Origin: a bacterium
GTDB taxonomy: Bacteria; Armatimonadota; Chthonomonadetes; Chthonomonadales; JAMCWF01
Assembly: GCA_021842405.1 (NCBI GenBank)
Contig: JAKBZR010000005.1
Coordinates: forward strand, 2,354 to 66,353
Reading direction: 5' to 3'
Length of the DNA stretch: 64,000 bases
This document shows positions 45,132 to 53,383 of the stretch, piece by piece. Numbering within the stretch: the stretch's first letter is position 1; every line of letters begins with the position of its first letter. A program made the translations under genes and the position numbers. The notes beneath the pieces were generated by a model. It was not told the origin of the DNA. It was given only the letters and a program-made list of their open reading frames with translations, and searched no databases.

Positions 45132-45467
45132 CTATCGCGCCGGTACCGGATCGTAGGTTCCCAAGGGCACATTTGAGCGGCAAGACCAGACTCGACGGAT
45201 CGTTAAATAAAGGCCATGGGCGATGCCGAAGCGGTGCACCGCCTCAACTGAATATTCAGAGCATGTAGGCCGGTAACGACATTCGATGTAGTCGTTGAGA
45301 TGCGGGCTGATATGGCACTGATAAAGGTGCACCGCCGAAATGTAAAATCGTGCCGTAAACTGATCCGACGGTTTCCGACAAGAATCAATGCCAGTTAGTA
45401 GCACCAACAGCAAGAGAAGGGCAAGCCATGTCTGCGGTCTTTTCAGGGATTTCCGCAATGCGGGCAC
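45132..45467 (-). CDS. yidD: Membrane protein insertion efficiency factor YidD (with N-terminal hydrophobic extension)
   Basis: LYQCHISPHL...CRYRPTCSEYSVEAVHRFG...RRVWSCRSNVP..YDPVP matches YidD. Confidence 0.7.
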   Translation of the reverse strand: MPALRKSLKRPQTWLALLLLLVLLTGIDSCRKPSDQFTARFYISAVHLYQCHISPHLNDYIECRYRPTCSEYSVEAVHRFGIAHGLYLTIRRVWSCRSNVPLGTYDPVPAR

Positions 45468-45817
45468 TTTGCGCTTACCTGAAGCCGACTATTTCGACAA
45501 TGTGGACACCGCACCACTATGCCTTGGGGCCGCGAAAAAAGGTAGATGATCAATCCGATCAAACCGGTGAACCATACTAATATCATCCAGAGGGCTGCAC
45601 TATCCATTCCTCTTGCTTTGGCGTCGCGGGCAACCCAAATCAGCAAAGCAATGTTGAGCACAATCCAAGCTACAATGACGAGAAGGATGATTGAGCAAGC
45701 AGCCGCCGCAGCGCCGGCGCCACTATTTCCTGAGTCATTGTAATAACCTTGTGCGAGCGCCATACAACATAATGCTTCCAAAATCAACGTGAGAAATAGG
45801 CTTTTCAGATTTTTCAT
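45443..45817 (-). CDS. Small membrane protein with C-terminal zinc ribbon
   Basis: The start was moved to ATG 45817, directly after aggaggagg. The protein has a signal/TM segment, two TM helices, and CPHC...CPHC at the C-terminus. Confidence 0.5.
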   Translation of the reverse strand: MKNLKSLFLTLILEALCCMALAQGYYNDSGNSGAGAAAAACSIILLVIVAWIVLNIALLIWVARDAKARGMDSAALWMILVWFTGLIGLIIYLFSRPQGIVVRCPHCRNSRLQVSAKCPHCGNP

Positions 45818-46020
45818 TGCGCCTCCTCCTGATAAAAACATGCCGATATTCAATTTTGCCGATTGAAATTTCGCGGCGGATTCTAGTTGCAGCAATTGAA
45901 ACAATATTAAAACTATGGGAACGCCTCATACAGGAGCATCGGATAGGGAATGCTATATTCGCATTGTTATCATTTGGGAGTATTATAGGACTCGGAAGTG
46001 GTTTTGTCAATTAAAATGTG

Positions 46021-46175
46021 GTAAGAGTTCGGTTTTACGGGAATGATTTGCCTGTCTGTGCGGGTCCGCGCACGCAGATAGGTGGCGGCAGCCCCCCCAT
46101 CCCTGCCTGCGGTAGGCAGGCGGAAATAACGATGTGAAAGTCTCCAGAAACTTTTCCAACAACCTCTTAAGGAAC
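46021..46175. repeat. Composite repeat: MITE-type terminus fused to inverted family-B modules
   Basis: It starts gtaagagttcggttttacgggaatgattt (MITE terminus) and ends with the inverse of gttgttggaaaag (family B opening). The track ORF 46007-46417 is an artefact. Confidence 0.5.
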
Positions 46176-46203
46176 TGAAGAGATTTCAGCCTCCGCGTTG
46201 ATT

Positions 46204-48507
46204 CTATGGCACGTAGGCCACTCCTTCCGATGGTGGGTTTTGGTGACCATCTTGAAAGAGCGCCGTTATTCGATACCACGGCTTTTCCGCGCTGAAATGC
46301 AGATCCAGATAGCGATTTTGGCGTGTTTTTGCCACTAGATTGGTAGGAGAAGGGGTCAAATTTCGATTTGCCCCGTGGTAGATACAAAATGTCACGAAGC
46401 CCGGCATATCCTGCCATTTCACCCCGCTCGGAGTTCGATCTGACCAGGAGAGCAGTACTTTTCCACTCATATTTTTCCCGTATGCCAATACGTTGACTAC
46501 CGGTGGTAGGCGGTTAGCCGCCTTAACCGGCATGACCACCCTAACCACCGGTGACCACGGTCCTTCCATACCATCTCCGTTAATGGCACGAACTCGGCAA
46601 TAGTACTCTCGCTCACCGGCCGGCAATGGGAACTCATTAGCGGTCGTCGTGACTCGTTTTGCCATTAACCGATCGGCATTGGAGGCAAATTCAATCCGAA
46701 AGCGCTGCACGAACAATCCGCCTGGCTCAGCCCAGCGCAATACCCCCTGTTCAGCTCGGGCATCGGGCACGATCGGCGGCAATGCAATGATTTCGGTACA
46801 CTGAGCGGTGACACGATATTGTCCTCGTGCAGGAACAGAAATCTGGCTCCCACTGGTTTCTGCAACCAGCCGGTGACCCTCCCAAACCTGAAACTTTTTA
46901 AAACCGTGTAAATCGCTCCAGCGCCATCTCATACCTGGCCAGATATAGGGAGACCAGGTTAGATGGTGCCCGGTGCCTGAAGAGATCAGACGCACTTTTT
47001 GGACTGGCGGAGGGGTGAAACGCCGGGAGCTTCGATCGGAGTAGGGCCGGTCTGGAAGCGTCGAGAACAGTGATTGTATCGCATCCGCAAATGGGCCTGT
47101 TCGAACTATAAAATCGTGCGCCGACTCTTGCCAACTGATCGGCGTCAAGATATGAGAGCGAAATCGGAGGCAGACATTGAGACTATGGGTATAGGCGCCG
47201 GGTGGCGCAGCCAATGAGTTGATTGGGTATGGATGGTATTCAAAAATGCCCCAGTTCGGATTGAGGTTAACGATCTGGCTGAAGGAGGCCGTATCGCTGG
47301 CGGCGCCGAAATAGGTCGTGATGCCAATGGAGCCGTCTGGCGTTGCGGCGGTCCATGCCGGGCTGGCACCCAGCATCAATCTTAAATTACCGTAAGATTG
47401 GCCTGGAACCTGGTGGCTGAAAATTCGTTTTCGGGGGATCCCAGCCTCATATAGCCACCGGGTTGCATCCGCGACCCACTCCTGCACCAGTTTTTGCCGG
47501 AAGCCGGGGTGGTGCAGGTTGCTGCTGCTCCAAGCTTGCCAAAACGGATCTCCCGGCTTTTCGGCTCGCGGCGCATCGAAACCGCCTTCAGTAAATCCGT
47601 CATCGCCCGGCTTCGGCATGCCGAGAGCCTCGACTGGAAGACGAGCTGGATACTTTTCGATATCCCAATACTCTAACATCCAGGTCTTATAATCGGTGCC
47701 GAAATATTGGTTAAACGAAGGGCCGGCCTTTGGATGCTCTTGAGGGCTTGGATCATCCCTCCAGCGCTCTCCACCGGGAAATCCTCGTCCTTTGCGCGCG
47801 CCGTGGCGATCATCGTAAATTCCACGGTGGGTCAGCCAATCCCGAAACTCCGCGATGGTATAGGGGCTATAATCGCCGAAATGATGGCCCTCCATCTGCG
47901 TTTCAACCTCGATCGGTCCGCTGGTTCCAACCACCGTCTCAGGGAAGTGTCGTAATGCGGCGGCGACCTGTGACGCGCGTTGTGAGTCGACCTCATGACG
48001 CAAGTTATGAACGGCCCGGCAGTACACCGATAGGCAAGCGCGTAATCGGAAGCCAGCTCCGGCCGTCTCCGCGATATAATCGCCGTTTTCAAGCCACTGG
48101 GCGTTTCGGCGATCGCCTTCCGGTCCGATGATGAGACTTTCTCCGCCCCACTCACGCATGTGGTGGTCGGTGGCTCCCCCTTGCAGCACCAAGCAAATTC
48201 CCAGCTTTTCGGCCAGCGCATAGGTATCGGTTTCCGCTCCGGTTGAAATGATGGCGAAGCCCAGCCGCATATAGGGGTGTTGAGGTCCCAATCGTTTCAG
48301 CATCTCTTGCGCCTCACGGGTTCGCAATGGAATGTCGGATGGCTTCCTCACATGCCAAGATTCAAAAATGGGCAGCATATAGAAGGTGTTGTCAAAATTG
48401 GGTGGCGGCAGAGTCTGCGGTGTAACAGTTTGTGGCAATGAGTGAGTCAGGATTGAGGCGGCGGAGGCTTTGAGAAAGGTGCGGCGGGTTAAATTAAGAG
48501 GGTTCAT
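46204..48507 (-). CDS. Tat-signal secreted protein of unknown function with C-terminal FN3/Ig-like beta domains
   Basis: The N-terminus RRTFLKASAASIL is a twin-arginine motif. The large N-terminal domain is not recognised, and the C-terminal ~250 aa look like tandem beta-sandwich domains. Confidence 0.55.
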   Translation of the reverse strand: MNPLNLTRRTFLKASAASILTHSLPQTVTPQTLPPPNFDNTFYMLPIFESWHVRKPSDIPLRTREAQEMLKRLGPQHPYMRLGFAIISTGAETDTYALAEKLGICLVLQGGATDHHMREWGGESLIIGPEGDRRNAQWLENGDYIAETAGAGFRLRACLSVYCRAVHNLRHEVDSQRASQVAAALRHFPETVVGTSGPIEVETQMEGHHFGDYSPYTIAEFRDWLTHRGIYDDRHGARKGRGFPGGERWRDDPSPQEHPKAGPSFNQYFGTDYKTWMLEYWDIEKYPARLPVEALGMPKPGDDGFTEGGFDAPRAEKPGDPFWQAWSSSNLHHPGFRQKLVQEWVADATRWLYEAGIPRKRIFSHQVPGQSYGNLRLMLGASPAWTAATPDGSIGITTYFGAASDTASFSQIVNLNPNWGIFEYHPYPINSLAAPPGAYTHSLNVCLRFRSHILTPISWQESAHDFIVRTGPFADAIQSLFSTLPDRPYSDRSSRRFTPPPVQKVRLISSGTGHHLTWSPYIWPGMRWRWSDLHGFKKFQVWEGHRLVAETSGSQISVPARGQYRVTAQCTEIIALPPIVPDARAEQGVLRWAEPGGLFVQRFRIEFASNADRLMAKRVTTTANEFPLPAGEREYYCRVRAINGDGMEGPWSPVVRVVMPVKAANRLPPVVNVLAYGKNMSGKVLLSWSDRTPSGVKWQDMPGFVTFCIYHGANRNLTPSPTNLVAKTRQNRYLDLHFSAEKPWYRITALFQDGHQNPPSEGVAYVP

Positions 48508-48776
48508 TCAGCTTACTCACCTCAGTGGATTTGATAGATATTTGGCGTCACATGAAGACATCTTGATCTGCTTCCTCCCATATCGTTCTCGTTATTCGAC
48601 AAGTTGACCGGATTATCCTGTACGACTGAGCGATGGGCTGGCGTGTTTTTCAACAGCCTCGTAGATGCGGAGCGTTAGCTCAAGCAGCCGTCTTCGCTGC
48701 CGGAGCAAGGCGGTTGTTTGAGCTAACCGAATGAGTTTAGAAATGAGGAGAAGCAACTACATCGGACGACAATAAT

Positions 48777-48872
48777 ATCTCAGTTTTGTGGGAATGATTT
48801 TCGTTCGCCCCCACCCCGGCCCTCCCCGTAAAGGGGGGAGGGTGTCATTGCGAGCGAAGCGAAGCAATCTCC
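48777..48872. repeat. Truncated MITE variant (one terminus only)
   Basis: atctcagttttgtgggaatgattttcg...cccccaccccggccctccccgtaaaggggggaggg..cattgcgagcgaagcgaagcaatctcc corresponds to the inverted right half of 33161-33365. Confidence 0.5.
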
Positions 48873-48889
48873 TTGCCTTTTAGTCTTGG

Positions 48890-50527
48890 TTATTTATTTA
48901 TGATATTAGCACATCGTTTGAGGACGAGCATATCGCCGTTAGTGGATACGATCTTATAATAACCGTATTTAACTGCGGCCTGGAGCAGTGGTTTATACTG
49001 TTCCGGATCGGTTGCAACGATATAATCTATTTTATATTTTGACAGGAGCGGTTTCAATTTTGCCGGAAGTGGCGGGTGGTAGTTCAAATCTTCCTGTCGG
49101 ATAACTGCAGCGCCTGCCCCGTACCATGCCTTGATAAAAGGATTGGGAAACATGTAGATTTGATCGCGATGCGCCAGGTGAACCACCAGGCTGGGCGATG
49201 CGGATACCGAGGCTTGGGGCGGGATTTCAGCCAATATGGCATTCCGTTCTTGGAGGGCCACTTGGGGTGGCGCGTGTTTCCATAGATACGCCATGTTTTC
49301 CCACGGCCCAAAGCTCCAGAAGCAGAAGGTGCCCAAAAGCAGCAGCACCAAGCCAGCCAACTCGCCGCCGTACCGTGGTATCAAGTCGAAGCGCTTCAAT
49401 AGGTACCACAACCTCCCCAAACCGATGGCAGCCGCGCCGTAGACGAAAGGCAAGATGGCCGGCGTGTACTGCGCGTAGATCGTTTGCATAATTTGCCTTG
49501 TGCTCAGCAGGTCCATCATCAGCTCCGGCAAGGCGGCCAGCAGCAGTTCCGGGCATAAAAGGCAGAGGCCGGCGGCCGGTATAATAATCCGAAGCATGAA
49601 ATTAACATTGCCGGGCACCGCATAAGAGATCGTCCGGATCGGATGGAGGAGCACGTTCATTACGATCTGGAGCGGCGTTCGGCCCAGATAGCTGTAAAGC
49701 GCAACGTACCCGGTACCAGCTCCCGAAAGCCGGTGCATAACGGGCAGGCAGATGAGCAGCCACACGATGCCGGACATCATCACGGCAAAACCGGCGATCA
49801 GCCGCGTGTTGCGGCGCTGCCGCGAATCGCGTTGATGGGATTGTTTCGGCTCATTAATTGGTGAATTACCACCTCTGAATGCAGCCGATCTTAACATGAT
49901 AGCTATACCGTACACGGCCACGCTCAGCGCGATGTCCTGTCGGCAGCAGAGCGCCAGCAGCACCCAGACCGCAAGCATGCGGTAATTTTCACGCTCCATC
50001 GCGTCAATCGCGAACAGCAAGATCGGAGCGGCCGGCATATTCGGGTGAAAATCGAAGAGTGTGGGGTATCCCAGCGCCGGTGCGAACAGATAGGTGAAGC
50101 TCAAGCCGGCCGCCGCCGCTGGCGGCGCTGAATGGTGGCGGGCGATCCGGTATATCGGCCAAGCGCCGAGCGCCAGCGCAGCCGACTGGAAGGCCACCAG
50201 ACCCTGCGGCTCCGGTATGAACCAGTAGATCGGGGCGAGCAGAAACAGGATCGGCGTGAAATGATCGCCGAAGAGGTTCATTCCGCGGATCGTGTTGAAA
50301 AGGGACTGGAAGTGTGCGATTTGCCAAAGCGTCTGGTCATAAATACCAAGGTCAAAAGCATCCGCCTCAAATGCGGTGACTTTCTTGATGGACCATATCC
50401 CGTAGACGATCGCATAGGCCAGAATGCCAAGCCAGACGAGGTTGGAGGCAATCTGTTCGCTGGAGGCTGTGTTTTTGGAGCCTAAATTGGTTTTACTATT
50501 ACTAATCTTCTCCCCTTTTCTTTGCAT
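48890..50527 (-). CDS. DUF2079-family polytopic membrane protein (GT-C-like)
   Basis: DAFDLGIYDQTLWQIAHF lies near the N-terminus, there are at least 10 hydrophobic helices, and the C-terminal domain is soluble. Confidence 0.65.
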   Translation of the reverse strand: MQRKGEKISNSKTNLGSKNTASSEQIASNLVWLGILAYAIVYGIWSIKKVTAFEADAFDLGIYDQTLWQIAHFQSLFNTIRGMNLFGDHFTPILFLLAPIYWFIPEPQGLVAFQSAALALGAWPIYRIARHHSAPPAAAAGLSFTYLFAPALGYPTLFDFHPNMPAAPILLFAIDAMERENYRMLAVWVLLALCCRQDIALSVAVYGIAIMLRSAAFRGGNSPINEPKQSHQRDSRQRRNTRLIAGFAVMMSGIVWLLICLPVMHRLSGAGTGYVALYSYLGRTPLQIVMNVLLHPIRTISYAVPGNVNFMLRIIIPAAGLCLLCPELLLAALPELMMDLLSTRQIMQTIYAQYTPAILPFVYGAAAIGLGRLWYLLKRFDLIPRYGGELAGLVLLLLGTFCFWSFGPWENMAYLWKHAPPQVALQERNAILAEIPPQASVSASPSLVVHLAHRDQIYMFPNPFIKAWYGAGAAVIRQEDLNYHPPLPAKLKPLLSKYKIDYIVATDPEQYKPLLQAAVKYGYYKIVSTNGDMLVLKRCANIINK

Positions 50528-50539
50528 TATTGTTATATA

Positions 50540-51613
50540 TTATTGAATACCGCCACTAATTAGAAGGTTTGTAAGAGTATTAGTAATAGGCATCCCCGTC
50601 AAGTTTTCGATCCATTGCCATTGACCTGCCGTGTTGACTTCTAAAAATACATATTCACCTTCTGGGGTTAAGATCATATCAACACAACCGAATACCAAAT
50701 TAAGCTCTCTCATCAATATCAATAATTTGTTACTAATTTCATCGGGTAAATTATGTGGTTCATGATGGAGTAATCCGGAAGATTCAGCTAGTGCTTGAGC
50801 ACGAAAATCCACCTTCGTATCTTCACGTTCCTGAGAATGTATTTCAGCGGCGAAAATATTATTTCCGATAATAGTTATCCTTATTTCGATGCGTTTATTG
50901 ATATATTCTTGAAATATAGCAGGGCATCCTGCAACCAATTTCAAATATGGAATTTTATCAATGGTTAATAATTGAGATAATAATGCTTTTACTTCAGGTT
51001 CTCGGTTGATAGGTGGAGCAGGTGGAATGTTAAAATGATTTTTATAAGCTGTCTGAATTTCTAATGAAAAATCAGGCGGACCACCAGTTGTTAGTCCAAT
51101 AACAGGTTTAAACAAGACTGTTCCGGATATTGATTCTACAAATTCATTAACTGCAGCGGGATCATTTGTAATGATGGTTTTAGGGACTTTAAGACCAACT
51201 CTTCTTGCTACTTCAAATTGGTATGGTTTGACATTCGCTCGATAATCGCTGATAAAATGATTTACCCAAAAACAATGCATACTTTCAAATGCACCGTGCA
51301 GCATACTGGCGCATTCATGCCTTATGAATCCTCTCTCCTGCTCTGTTTTAACGTTGGGGAATACGAACTCTCCTATCCTGCGTCTCCATAATGCTGTTAT
51401 ATTTCTAGTATCAATCTCAGTTCCATTGAATTTAAATACGGCATATAGTTCTTCATTGCCGGCAAATAATCTTACGTTTGTAATAAGAGGTATAGTCTCC
51501 GTATTCAAACGAAACCACGGGATCTCTTTTTTATCCAACTGTGCAGTAACGCTATCAACGTTTGGTTCAAAGTATTGAGTAATGATGAAAACAAATGGTT
51601 TTTGATGTTTCAT
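50540..51613 (-). CDS. ATP-grasp enzyme of the MdnC/MvdD-like 'ribosomal peptide maturase' type
   Basis: 357 aa. The N-terminal pre-ATP-grasp domain reads VFIITQYFEPNVDSVTAQLDKKEIPWFRLNTETIP...ALWRRR. The C-terminal signature reads YVFLEVNTAGQWQWIENLTGMPI. The gene lies in AT-rich DNA. Confidence 0.7.
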   Translation of the reverse strand: MKHQKPFVFIITQYFEPNVDSVTAQLDKKEIPWFRLNTETIPLITNVRLFAGNEELYAVFKFNGTEIDTRNITALWRRRIGEFVFPNVKTEQERGFIRHECASMLHGAFESMHCFWVNHFISDYRANVKPYQFEVARRVGLKVPKTIITNDPAAVNEFVESISGTVLFKPVIGLTTGGPPDFSLEIQTAYKNHFNIPPAPPINREPEVKALLSQLLTIDKIPYLKLVAGCPAIFQEYINKRIEIRITIIGNNIFAAEIHSQEREDTKVDFRAQALAESSGLLHHEPHNLPDEISNKLLILMRELNLVFGCVDMILTPEGEYVFLEVNTAGQWQWIENLTGMPITNTLTNLLISGGIQ

Positions 51614-51615
51614 TT

Positions 51616-52209
51616 TTATTCTGTTTTATTGCACACATTCAGAGCTTTACGCATTTCTTTTGCAACTAATGGGTTTTTTTCAGACAATAAAGCCGCGGAT
51701 AGTGATTGGAGTGTTCCTGTCAACCGCTGTCTTTCAATAAGATAGGCTGCATCCCAGCGCACTGCTGGTTGGGGGTTTTTGATGAATGTTGTCGCTGCCT
51801 TTGTCATCCAATTGACCTCGTACATTCTAAAAGCCACATCATTTTTAGGCAAGTCTATTGAGAGTAGTGCGCCCAATGCGCCGACATTGACCACCCAATC
51901 ATACGGATTTTTATCAGGATAAAAAACAAATGTCAAAAGCTGATCGAATTGTTGCTGCGTATAGTGTTTTCTCCTAGGATTTTGTACACCTCGCGGAGCA
52001 GATAAAGCATACAAATTTGCACATGCCTCCATTGCGATCGGCGTTGGATGCATTTCTTTAGGTACAAGACGCTGTAAATCTTGCGTGTTCGAGTTTTCAA
52101 ATGGAGATGAGAAATTCCCCCCGATGATTCCTGCCACGTAAAATATAGTTATAACACAAATGAATAATATTAGTCCGATGAATATTTTTTTTGATGTCAA
52201 ATATTTCAT
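51616..52209 (-). CDS. N-terminally membrane-anchored HEAT-like repeat protein
   Basis: The TM helix is IFIGLILFICVITIFYVAGII. Repeats such as DKNPYDWVVNVGALGALL, NPQPAVRWDAAYLI and EKNPLVAKEMRKAL follow. The stop lies 2 nt from the ATP-grasp ATG. I preferred the ATG at 52209 over the GTG at 52221. Confidence 0.5.
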   Translation of the reverse strand: MKYLTSKKIFIGLILFICVITIFYVAGIIGGNFSSPFENSNTQDLQRLVPKEMHPTPIAMEACANLYALSAPRGVQNPRRKHYTQQQFDQLLTFVFYPDKNPYDWVVNVGALGALLSIDLPKNDVAFRMYEVNWMTKAATTFIKNPQPAVRWDAAYLIERQRLTGTLQSLSAALLSEKNPLVAKEMRKALNVCNKTE

Positions 52210-52265
52210 CTGAGGGCTCACTTTGTTCTAGAAATTTATCAATTTGTTTTAGTCATCACTAAATT

Positions 52266-52306
52266 GGGTACTGCCCCAATTTAAGTTAAAAGCTGCGGCA
52301 GTACCC
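52266..52306 (-). terminator. 10-bp perfect GC-rich stem-loop between the 128-aa ORF and the next gene (candidate attenuator or partial terminator)
   Basis: The arms gggtactgcc / ggcagtaccc enclose a 21-nt loop. On the minus strand the hairpin is followed by aattt. Confidence 0.4.
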
Positions 52307-52342
52307 TCCTCTTTCCTTCCAGTTACTTGATGTTATATGTAA

Positions 52343-52729
52343 CTAAAAAGTGTAAGTATAGGAAGTTTCAATTTGACCTGGTGGGCTTGTCTCACTGCCA
52401 TCACTGTCGCTATCATCTGGGAAAATACGAGGGTTGCCTACCGCTTCTGAAAAGACGGAATTGTGTCCGTAAAATGTTTCGGCAGGCACATTTTTCGCCC
52501 AGAGCATTACGAATGGCGTATAATGCTCAACTTCCAAGTTTCCCTTATTCTCTAGCAAAGCTTCCACTTTAATCCCCCCTTTCCGAACCGTACTATTTTC
52601 GGAACTATACCAGTTATCCTTAGCTCCGATATCGACAGATGAGATTTTATCACGTAAGATTTGATCACGCAATACTGCAATTGCATTATTTTTATTCGCT
52701 TTGACCGATACTTTCCTTGTCCTCTTCAT
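52343..52729 (-). CDS. 128-aa protein with Asp/Ser/Thr-rich C-terminal tail; candidate substrate of the ATP-grasp enzyme
   Basis: ATG 52729 forms an ATGA overlap with the regulator stop. The tail reads FPDDSDSDGSETSPPGQIETSYTYTF. There is no signal peptide and no family is recognised. Confidence 0.45.
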   Translation of the reverse strand: MKRTRKVSVKANKNNAIAVLRDQILRDKISSVDIGAKDNWYSSENSTVRKGGIKVEALLENKGNLEVEHYTPFVMLWAKNVPAETFYGHNSVFSEAVGNPRIFPDDSDSDGSETSPPGQIETSYTYTF

Positions 52730-52959
52730 TTTGAGGGGGGGGGGGGCAATTCGATCCATCCCATCTGTAAGGCGATGATCAGAGCCTCGGTTCGCTCATG
52801 AGCCCCTAAATTGATGCAAATCTGCTGGAATTCAGTGCGTACCGTGTTGTTGGAAATGTAGAGCAGGCGGGCCAGCTTTCGGCTGTTGACGGTTCGGTGA
52901 TTCAATCCGGCTTGAAGCAACCTGATTTGCGTGCTTGTCAAAGGGTTGCGATTATTCAT
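52726..52959 (-). CDS. GerE/LuxR-type stand-alone HTH regulator (77 aa)
   Basis: LTSTQIRLLQAGLNHRTVNSRKLARLLYISNNTVRTEFQQICINLGAHERTEALIIALQMGWI. The start was moved to ATG 52959 after ggaggag. The longer track ORF runs into the MITE. Confidence 0.7.
   Translation of the reverse strand: MNNRNPLTSTQIRLLQAGLNHRTVNSRKLARLLYISNNTVRTEFQQICINLGAHERTEALIIALQMGWIELPPPPSK
52735..52746. repeat. Homopolymer G12 (C12 on the coding strand)
   Basis: I counted it directly. It encodes PPPP, starting 3 codons before the stop of the HTH gene, and lies 6-17 nt upstream of the next ORF's ATG. Confidence 0.95.
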
Positions 52960-53042
52960 TACCGCTCCTCCACGGCAAAAAACACCATCACTTCCATTAT
53001 AATACGCTTGCGAATGGCCGTCAAGCGGCCGTATTACTAGAG

Positions 53043-53248
53043 GTGAGAGTTCAGTTTTACCGGAATCATTTACGACCATATTGGATGCACCCCCACCCCG
53101 GTCCTCCCTCGTAAACGGGGGAGGGGATTAAGAGGGACTGGGGGGGCAAGATAAAAGCACCGCCGCTAAACTCTCTCCCCCTCCCCGCTTGCGGGGAGGG
53201 CTGGGGTGGGGTCGAACGAAAATCACTCCCACAAAACTGAACTCTTTC
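53043..53248. mobile_element. MITE-like element, 205-bp type (copy 3 of 3)
   Basis: gtgagagttcagttttaccggaatcatttacg ... aaaatcactcccacaaaactgaactctttc. The interior is near-identical to the other two copies. It lies immediately upstream of the ATP-grasp island. Confidence 0.7.
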
Positions 53249-53383
53249 CCAGCTTGCAATTGCGGTAAAAATGGTATATACATGTATCCGGTCGCTGTCA
53301 GCTCCCGACTTGGAATGATACCACGCTGAATCTTCTGCAAACTGCTGAAAGACCTATTTCAACGAAAGGATTCAAAATTAGAC

